A stretch of DNA of 64,000 nucleotides from Alphaproteobacteria bacterium. GTDB lineage: Bacteria; Pseudomonadota; Alphaproteobacteria; GM7ARS4; CBDIDI01. Shown here piece by piece: positions 57,727 to 64,000 of this stretch (position 1 is the stretch's first letter; each line of letters begins with the position of its first letter). The notes beneath the pieces are model-generated. The model did not search any database and was not told the DNA's origin. It saw nothing but the letters and a program-made list of their open reading frames with translations. The stretch lies in contig OZ255830.1 of assembly GCA_965277685.1 (NCBI GenBank), positions 1,102,829 to 1,166,828 on the forward strand, in the 5' to 3' direction. The position numbers were made by a program, and so were the translations under genes.

Positions 57727-59820
57727 TCAGCGTGTGGCCTTGGTTTGGGTTGTGGTGGAAAGAAGGGTGAAGGGAAGCGGGGCATCTTGCCGGATTTGCC
57801 ATAATGGCTTTTCCCCACGGGACCATCCGAATCCGCGGCACCGCACGGTGCCCGTATAGGGATTGGGCGGCCGACCGATTTTTGATTGGTTCAAGATAAA
57901 AAAGGAAATATCGCGATAGCCATGGCCGGTATCGACCCGCATGGCGGTTGTGGCGTGAACGTGAAAGACGGCCTCGATCAAACGGGTGCGCAGATATTTT
58001 GTTTCCAACGGCAAGGGGGTGACGGTGTGGTGATAGGCAATCCCCATCTGGCATTGCCGGGCCGGGGATGCCAGATGTATGTCCCCATTTTCGTCGAAAT
58101 CTTTTGCGCCGGAAAAAATGCCGTCAACAATGATCTGGGTTCCCCGGCTTTTGGCCAGATAGCGAAATTCGGGCCATTGTGATTTGGCCGGATTGGCGGT
58201 GACGCTTTTGGCGTTGTCGAAAAGGACGCTTTCATCAAAACGCTCGATGGTATAGGTATCGCTGCCGTTTTGAACGGGGCGTTGGACCAGGACATAGACG
58301 TCTTCGCCAATGACGGTGATCGATAGAAATTTTCCCTTCGTTTCGATATGGGTCCAGCCGGTGACGTGTTCGGCGCGGTGGATCGTGGCAACGGCCATTG
58401 TGCCGTCGGCCAAAACGACATACAGGTGGTGGCGGGTTTGATCGAAAACCTGATCGACCGGATCATGAATCATATGGGATGAAAGCAGGGCAAGATCGGT
58501 GCTCTGGTACATTTTATCGATATCGGTATAGATGAATTCATGCACCTGCCGCCCGGATTTGTTGATAAAGACCGTTGCCCCGTCAACGTTGCTGACCGGC
58601 AGATAACGCCGGTTGAAAATTCCGATCCGGCTTTGGTTTTTGACGTTGATCGTGGTCGGGCTAAGGATGTTGTTATCGGTCACCGCCCATTCGCCGCTGG
58701 ACGTGAATATCTGCAGATGCTGTCCGGAGAACAGCGCATGGATGGTTTGGTCGCGCTCGGAGAGAAGATCAAAGATGATGGCCCCGTCGGCTTGCCCCAG
58801 CTTGGCGTCGAAATTGCCGTGGTTAAAGGGCTGTGACATCCATATTCGGTTGGGAACATCCCGCGATCCGCCGATAACCATGCGCGATTGATGAAAGACA
58901 CAGCATTTGGGCCAGCCACGCATTTTGGAAAATGCCGATTCCTGCCAATTAACGCTTGGCCGGTTAATGTATGGCTGAACGTCGGTGGAAATCGTCGTTT
59001 GTCCGTCCCGGGTACGGATGCGATGCCCAAGAACCCAAGCCTTTGCGCGGCGATGGGTGCGCAGGCGTCCGGTGGTGGTCGATCGCGCGCCGATGATGTT
59101 TCTTGTTTCGATGCACTCGTGGATATCCAGTTGCAGGCCATCGATCACCAACCGCGTATCGATTGTGTGATCCTCGGTAAAGAAGGGTTTTGAACACTCA
59201 ACGATGACCTCTCGGCGCCGGACTCTTTGGCGGCCACGGTATGATGTTTGGATGCCGGTCGATACAATTGTCATGGTCGCCTCTTTGTCGAAAAATCGAT
59301 AAAAAGGCTCGTCGACGACCGAGGCCGTGACGGTATAAGGGTAGGATGGCGTGCGCCTTTCCTCTCTATGGAATGCCATCGACCCGATCAGCCATCTTTC
59401 GCTTCCCGAATCCGACATGTGGCGGTAAATGCGGCATGGCCGCATATCCGGATGGGTCAGATAAAGGGATTCGCCATTTTGTATCCATGCTATTTGGGAA
59501 AGGATGTCGTCATGCCATGGGCCGCCCCTGACCGTCGTGACTTCGACACCGTGCCGGTAGATGTGGAATCCGTCACCGTATAAGAACATGATGCAACTTT
59601 GGTCATTGCCAAGTTCGATCGGGATAAGACGCCCCGGCCCGGCAAGGGTTTGGACATGGGACAAACCGGGTCGCCGCCGGATGCCGCCGGTTGGCAGCAA
59701 TAGGACATTGCGCAGTTCCTTGGCCCCGTTTTGATAGGCCCGCAACTGGCTGCGCGCGTGCAATTCGGAAGAAATCTCCCCGGCGGTAAAGCTGTTTTTT
59801 TCGGAAAAGATGCGAGTCAT
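57727..59820 (-). CDS. Large phage tail structural protein, tail tubular protein B (T7 gp12)-like by size and position
   Basis: 697-aa ORF between the tubular-A-like and internal-protein genes. It has strong coding periodicity. I have no motif-level support. Confidence 0.45.
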   Translation of the reverse strand: MTRIFSEKNSFTAGEISSELHARSQLRAYQNGAKELRNVLLLPTGGIRRRPGLSHVQTLAGPGRLIPIELGNDQSCIMFLYGDGFHIYRHGVEVTTVRGGPWHDDILSQIAWIQNGESLYLTHPDMRPCRIYRHMSDSGSERWLIGSMAFHREERRTPSYPYTVTASVVDEPFYRFFDKEATMTIVSTGIQTSYRGRQRVRRREVIVECSKPFFTEDHTIDTRLVIDGLQLDIHECIETRNIIGARSTTTGRLRTHRRAKAWVLGHRIRTRDGQTTISTDVQPYINRPSVNWQESAFSKMRGWPKCCVFHQSRMVIGGSRDVPNRIWMSQPFNHGNFDAKLGQADGAIIFDLLSERDQTIHALFSGQHLQIFTSSGEWAVTDNNILSPTTINVKNQSRIGIFNRRYLPVSNVDGATVFINKSGRQVHEFIYTDIDKMYQSTDLALLSSHMIHDPVDQVFDQTRHHLYVVLADGTMAVATIHRAEHVTGWTHIETKGKFLSITVIGEDVYVLVQRPVQNGSDTYTIERFDESVLFDNAKSVTANPAKSQWPEFRYLAKSRGTQIIVDGIFSGAKDFDENGDIHLASPARQCQMGIAYHHTVTPLPLETKYLRTRLIEAVFHVHATTAMRVDTGHGYRDISFFILNQSKIGRPPNPYTGTVRCRGFGWSRGEKPLWQIRQDAPLPFTLLSTTTQTKATR

Positions 59821-59822
59821 GA

Positions 59823-60494
59823 TCAGTCGCGCACGTCAATAAGACTGAAATCGTCGATTCGCCGGGGCGAATCTTGCTGCGAATCGATCAACTTTGCCCG
59901 CTGCAAGGATCTTTCTGCCCGGCGGCTTAAGAATTCGGTTCGGCTGGTGTTTTCCGTCAATGGCAGGCAAAATTCGGCCGCCAAGTGATCGATCATCACG
60001 TTTTGGAAAAACGACGGCCACAAGGATGCGGGGACGCGGGCGATATAGTGCAGGAATACGCGATCGCTGTCGGTTTGCAGGGTGTCGCCGTTAATCGTGT
60101 AGTGGAGAGATGGCGCCCTGCCGGTGGGAACGTCAAGGGCGGTTGCGGAAATGACCCGGAGAAAATCGGAAGGCAAAAAGAAGGAATTGGTCGCGTTTGA
60201 CGAAGACCAGTTTTGATCACCGGCGATTGGCCGTCGTTTCGACGCAAAAGACCAAGGATGGGTCGATAGCAACATATCGCGTGTGGGGGGGTAAATCTCG
60301 GCCGCGATATTGGCTTCGGGCGTTCCTTCGCCAAAGGACGTGATATGGATGGCCCCAAGTTTCATCAGAGCGCGGCGCGACAGAGTCAATGCGGATTCGA
60401 CGGGGGCGGATTCGACGGGGGCAGATTCGACGGGGGCGGATTCGGGCAAAATGGATGATGCCAAAATGGATGATGTCGGGGTGGGTTCGGTCAT
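59823..60494 (-). CDS. Phage tail tubular protein A (T7 gp11)-like by size and position; N-terminal (ESAPV)3 repeat
   Basis: 223 aa, immediately downstream of the capsid and small ORF and upstream of the large tail protein. Confidence 0.35.
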   Translation of the reverse strand: MTEPTPTSSILASSILPESAPVESAPVESAPVESALTLSRRALMKLGAIHITSFGEGTPEANIAAEIYPPTRDMLLSTHPWSFASKRRPIAGDQNWSSSNATNSFFLPSDFLRVISATALDVPTGRAPSLHYTINGDTLQTDSDRVFLHYIARVPASLWPSFFQNVMIDHLAAEFCLPLTENTSRTEFLSRRAERSLQRAKLIDSQQDSPRRIDDFSLIDVRD

Positions 60495-60627
60495 GGCGAA
60501 AAGAAACTTTGCTGAGGGAAATCATTCGGGTTGATTATCCGCGCGTCCGATCCCACCCGATGTATATCTTTCGGTCGAAAGGGATACATGGCGAAAATGG
60601 TGATCGGGCGCGGATAATCGGTTACGG

Positions 60628-60879
60628 TTAGCTTCCGCTAAACTTCGTCGATGTCACGGCGTTCTTGTTCTTGGTAAGAATAAGAATGTGGCTCGACCGG
60701 CTGCTGCTATTAATATTCGCGTTAAGCAAAACCATATCTCCGCTGCGGATAATATCGTTTGCTTTGTTGAAATATTGACTTGCGGTGATGGTCGATGCCG
60801 CATCGCCGCTTGTGTAATGCCACAATGTGAATCCATTGGCATAGGCAAGGACGCTGAGATCATTGGATTGAAAAGCCAT
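60628..60879 (-). CDS. Small phage structural protein (83 aa), function unknown
   Basis: Compact ORF between the capsid and tail genes. Confidence 0.3.
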   Translation of the reverse strand: MAFQSNDLSVLAYANGFTLWHYTSGDAASTITASQYFNKANDIIRSGDMVLLNANINSSSRSSHILILTKNKNAVTSTKFSGS

Positions 60880-60896
60880 AATTAAAGGTACTCCGG

Positions 60897-61745
60897 TTAT
60901 TCCGCGCAGCGCAGAACGACCGATCCCTTCGGATCAATCAGTGCGGCGCCTTGCGACATCATGTTGGAAACAAAAAAGGCAGCCCGATCACCGTGCCAGG
61001 TGATGTCGGTGGTCACGTCCTGCCCGGACGCGTGGCCGATGGCCGTTTTATGGAACCAATGGCACAGACGGTTGGAACCGACCTTGTTTAACCCGGAATG
61101 GGGTATCCACAAGGTTCCAAGCCAACGTTTGGCTTGGGTTCCTTTCCAAGGAAGTTCATCCGGTCCGATATAATCGGCATTTTTGAACTCGTTAATGTCC
61201 AGTAATCGAGACCATTGCTTCCAGCCGATGACCGCGTAACGTTGACCGTCATCGGGAACGTCGTGGCCACCGAGGTGTTCAAGGCCGGCAAGGATTCTTT
61301 CCTTCATGATCTCGCCGGACTCTTTTTGTGAGGAACCCTTCGCAACCGCAATGACTTTGGCGTTATCGCTGTTATTAGCATCAAGGGCATTGATGATTAA
61401 TTCGTCGGTTTTGCGACCAAGGGCGTAAGCACCGGCATCGGCGATGACTTGGCGCTCTTCAAAGCTGATTTTTAATTCATCCAGCTTGTCGACCCAATCG
61501 CCGGCATAATAGTCCTCGAGCGTGCAGGTCGTGGATGTATGCTTGATATTCATCACGGGGACTTTGCCGTGGCGTGATTTGCGGGACGCGGTGCCGGATC
61601 CGACGGAATGAAACACCGTGCTGGATCCTTTGATATTGGACCGGTTGCGCACCATGCTGCGCAATTTTGACCCCAGTCGTTGGTAAGAGGCATGGACTTC
61701 GGCACCGAAATGTTTGCCGAAGGCTGCTGTAACGGAAATGGACAT
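60897..61745 (-). CDS. Major capsid protein, T7 gp10-like
   Basis: AAGGA RBS. …TAAFGKHFGAEVHASYQRLGSKLRSMVRNRSNIKGSSTVFHSVGSG… parallels T7 gp10 …LKVFGGEVLTAFARTSVTTSRHMVRSISSGKSAQFPVLGRT…. Confidence 0.65.
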   Translation of the reverse strand: MSISVTAAFGKHFGAEVHASYQRLGSKLRSMVRNRSNIKGSSTVFHSVGSGTASRKSRHGKVPVMNIKHTSTTCTLEDYYAGDWVDKLDELKISFEERQVIADAGAYALGRKTDELIINALDANNSDNAKVIAVAKGSSQKESGEIMKERILAGLEHLGGHDVPDDGQRYAVIGWKQWSRLLDINEFKNADYIGPDELPWKGTQAKRWLGTLWIPHSGLNKVGSNRLCHWFHKTAIGHASGQDVTTDITWHGDRAAFFVSNMMSQGAALIDPKGSVVLRCAE

Positions 61746-61989
61746 GAATCAGTATCCTTTTGATTTTCTGATGGTTGTGACGAAACATGTTCCGGTTTCG
61801 GTTGTCGCAGATACGGCCGAAGCATGAACGATCCGGGGGCCTATATGCGTTTTCGATCATGATGATGAAAAAACATGGTCGGTTGTCACCGGAGGAAACG
61901 GCGCGGCGTGGGATGCCTAACCGTTATATTAGGAATATAGTCCTATAATCTTAAAAAAGCAAGATATTTTATGCTTTTTGACGACATTA

Positions 61990-62110
61990 TCTTCCGCGGG
62001 AAATATCGATCCCGGGTGTGCGCCTACCCCTTGCCGGAAATATCGATCCCGGGCGTGCGCCTACCCCTTGCGGGAAATATCGATCCCGGGCGTGCGCCCG
62101 GTCGAGGGAA
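61990..62110. repeat. Three tandem about 38-bp copies (gg[g/a]aaatatcgatcccggg[t/c]gtgcgcctaccccttgc) plus an AT-rich stretch in the scaffold-capsid intergenic region; candidate phage promoter/operator
   Basis: Direct reading; sits upstream (on the minus strand) of the capsid gene. Confidence 0.6.
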
Positions 62111-62189
62111 TCGATCAAGGGACGATATTCGGCGGCAACGCTGCCGATGCGCCTTCATGATGTTTCCGAATAGCGCTGCCGATGCGCCT

Positions 62190-63260
62190 TCACGATGCTT
62201 CCGGATACAGTTGCCGATAGCCTTGGGCGACTTTGCGAATGATTTGCGGGTCACGGTCACGCCAATAGGCGGGGGAGGAAATCAGCTTGCGCAACGCGCT
62301 TTCGCTGTGTTGGGTTTCTTTTGCCGTGCTGCCGATAAAAAGCTGCGGCTCGCGCGAGTGCATCATTGATTTTAATGCAAGCACACCGTCAAAATTGGAC
62401 GACAGCACATTAAAAACATCCTCGGGGATATTATCCTTGGCCCAGGTTTTAAGTTGGGTGGATACGTGTTGCCAACGCTCTTTTCCCCCGAAATGCTCGG
62501 TTAAACGCTCGACATCGCGCTGCGATTCCATTTGACCGGCCCAATCGTCGATGATTGGCAATACATGATCGCGGGCTAATTCATACATGACTTCCACCTG
62601 TTTTTTGGTGAAATGATGGTCGTGTAAAACGGAACGCACGTCATCCTCGATATCAACCGGCTTTCCATCGATCGAGATTTGATAGTCTTCGGCTCGTTCC
62701 GGAACGTTTGCCCCTTCGTCGGACGATGCGTCGCCATTGCCGGTGCCCGGTTCTTGGCCATGCGGTGATGGGGGCGGTGATGGGGGCCCCGATAACGGGG
62801 GCGATGATGGATTTTTATCCAAGGGGGATGGGGGCGCAGATGTTGGCGAAGGCGCGGTGGCCGGTCGTGACAATCGCCGTTCCAATGCGTGATAGGATTT
62901 GGACATTTCCTTCAAGCGCGGCACGGCATTTTGCGCGTCCCAGAATTTTGACGGCAACCATTCCGGTTTTTCCGATTTGCCCGGATTTGGCGCCGGTGGC
63001 GAATTTTGGCGGTTTGGGCGATGATTGGCGGTGGTTCCGTCCGATGATGGCCCGGCCTCGCGCGTTGGGGCGTGGCCATCGCCATCCGGCCGATCGGCGG
63101 TTGCATCGTCGTTATCGGTGGTGCCGGGGTTATGGGGCGGCGTATCGGCCGGGGCTTTGCGCTCGTATTGGCGGATGTGGGGGCGGTTTGGGTGCGTCAT
63201 GTTTTTCTCCCATGATGGCGGTTGCGGCGGACTAAATTCTCGAGATAAGAGCATAACCAA
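62190..63260 (-). CDS. Capsid assembly scaffolding protein, T7 gp9-like, with a Pro-rich N-terminal half
   Basis: The C-terminus …SESALRKLISSPAYWRDRDPQIIRKVAQGY… parallels the T7 gp9 C-terminus …IKAMSDPRYRTDANYRRQVEQKV…. It sits directly upstream of the capsid gene. Confidence 0.6.
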   Translation of the reverse strand: MVMLLSREFSPPQPPSWEKNMTHPNRPHIRQYERKAPADTPPHNPGTTDNDDATADRPDGDGHAPTREAGPSSDGTTANHRPNRQNSPPAPNPGKSEKPEWLPSKFWDAQNAVPRLKEMSKSYHALERRLSRPATAPSPTSAPPSPLDKNPSSPPLSGPPSPPPSPHGQEPGTGNGDASSDEGANVPERAEDYQISIDGKPVDIEDDVRSVLHDHHFTKKQVEVMYELARDHVLPIIDDWAGQMESQRDVERLTEHFGGKERWQHVSTQLKTWAKDNIPEDVFNVLSSNFDGVLALKSMMHSREPQLFIGSTAKETQHSESALRKLISSPAYWRDRDPQIIRKVAQGYRQLYPEAS

Positions 63261-63562
63261 CGTTGGCCCTCGAGGTGGCGCAAAGTGGTTTCACCGACAT
63301 CCGGGGATGGGCGGCGCTCGATGGTTAGGCGGCGAAGATGCAAGAGCAAATGATCGCCGTCACGGCCACGAAAGCAACGTCCGGCGATATTGCCGATCGT
63401 GTCGTTCGGTGCCCAAGAATGCGCGGGAAAGGCATCCGTCCCATGGCTAAGGTAATCATGGTCGGTCCGTTCACGATCGGGGTGCTCATGGTCAAGATGT
63501 GCATGATCGGTTCGTTCGCGATCGGGGTGCTCATGATTGGGGTGTTGGGCGCGGGTCATTGC

Positions 63563-63982
63563 TTATCCTTCACCGGTCGGTGTCTTTTGCGCGGCCCCAT
63601 TTTGGGCCCCATTTTGGGCCTGACTGTGAGTGAGGGCATCCACGATCGACCGACCGGTTTTATCGTCGGCCAAGAGGCGGGCCATATCGTGCGTCACATC
63701 CTGCCCTATATCGTGCGTTCCCATTGGCGGTTGCGCCGATCCCTCGGCCTTTGTCGGTTGCCGGGGTGATTGGATATCCTCCGGTGCCGGGGGGATCGTG
63801 TCGTTTTCGCGGATCAGATCCGACGATACGCCCAAGGCTTTGCCCAGCCAGCGCATGGCGGCGGGAAAATCGACCGCTTCCAAGCCTTTCTCCCCGGCTC
63901 TTTGTGCGGTCTCAAGCCATAGAATCGTGTCTTGAATATCGTTGCGGTTTTGATTCCGAGCAAGGGGGGAATGGTATTGCAA
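63563..63982 (-). CDS. Hypothetical phage protein (may extend beyond the window)
   Basis: ORF only. Confidence 0.25.
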   Translation of the reverse strand: MQYHSPLARNQNRNDIQDTILWLETAQRAGEKGLEAVDFPAAMRWLGKALGVSSDLIRENDTIPPAPEDIQSPRQPTKAEGSAQPPMGTHDIGQDVTHDMARLLADDKTGRSIVDALTHSQAQNGAQNGAAQKTPTGEG

Positions 63983-64000
63983 ATCGATGTTGCGACCGTC

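Larger units (their letters stand above)
52818..64000 (-). mobile_element. Prophage segment with a T7-like (podovirus) structural and lysis module, continuing beyond the window end; the left boundary lies between hpnB and the holin-like gene
   Basis: Contiguous minus-strand block: scaffold, capsid, tail tubular A/B, terminase large subunit, SleB endolysin, tail fiber, holin-like. Composition and repeats shift at about 52.7-53.2 kb. Confidence 0.6.

Overview
A 64-kb chromosomal segment from a moderately high-GC alphaproteobacterium. The HprK (short form)-EIIA(Man)-NPr-AhcY synteny next to an OmpR/EnvZ-type two-component pair, and the H4MPT and hopanoid genes, point to a Rhodospirillales- or Rhizobiales-like, C1-capable organism. 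I cannot name the species. Most of the window is housekeeping: anmK, tRNA-Val, uvrC-pgsA, the Moco genes mobB-moeA-moaD-moaE and mogA, ilvE, two OmpR-family two-component systems, a phasin, proC, hprK-EIIA-NPr-ptsI, ahcY, an FNR-like reductase, an M48 peptidase, rnhB, a CPA2 antiporter, rmuC and hpnB/hpnC. Four things stand out. (1) The window opens inside what looks like the distal end of a Ysc-type type III secretion locus (SctD-like, then YscE-like, then a needle-like SctF), directly followed by an uncharacterised 1177-aa repeat-containing protein. (2) An orphan pqqA (24-codon PQQ precursor peptide), absent from the supplied ORF track, sits in a repeat-filled intergenic region with its own terminator. 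(3) A complete tetrahydromethanopterin (H4MPT) formaldehyde-oxidation island is present (fae, CitG-like, ATP-grasp, mch, ATP-grasp, mtdB-like, mptG-like, pcd, fhcB-A-D-C). (4) From about 52.8 kb to the window end there is a prophage with a T7-like (podovirus) structural and lysis module: scaffold, major capsid, tail tubular A and B, large terminase, SleB endolysin, tail fiber and a holin candidate. Its gene order is non-canonical and no large internal-core/ejection proteins are visible in the window. The locus is also saturated with short tandem repeats, in intergenic minisatellite arrays, as tandem duplications of gene ends (most strikingly a 65-bp unit x4 duplicating the hpnC start codon region), and as in-frame low-complexity insertions in conserved enzymes. 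All calls rest on reading the sequence and the ORF translations; no database searches were run.
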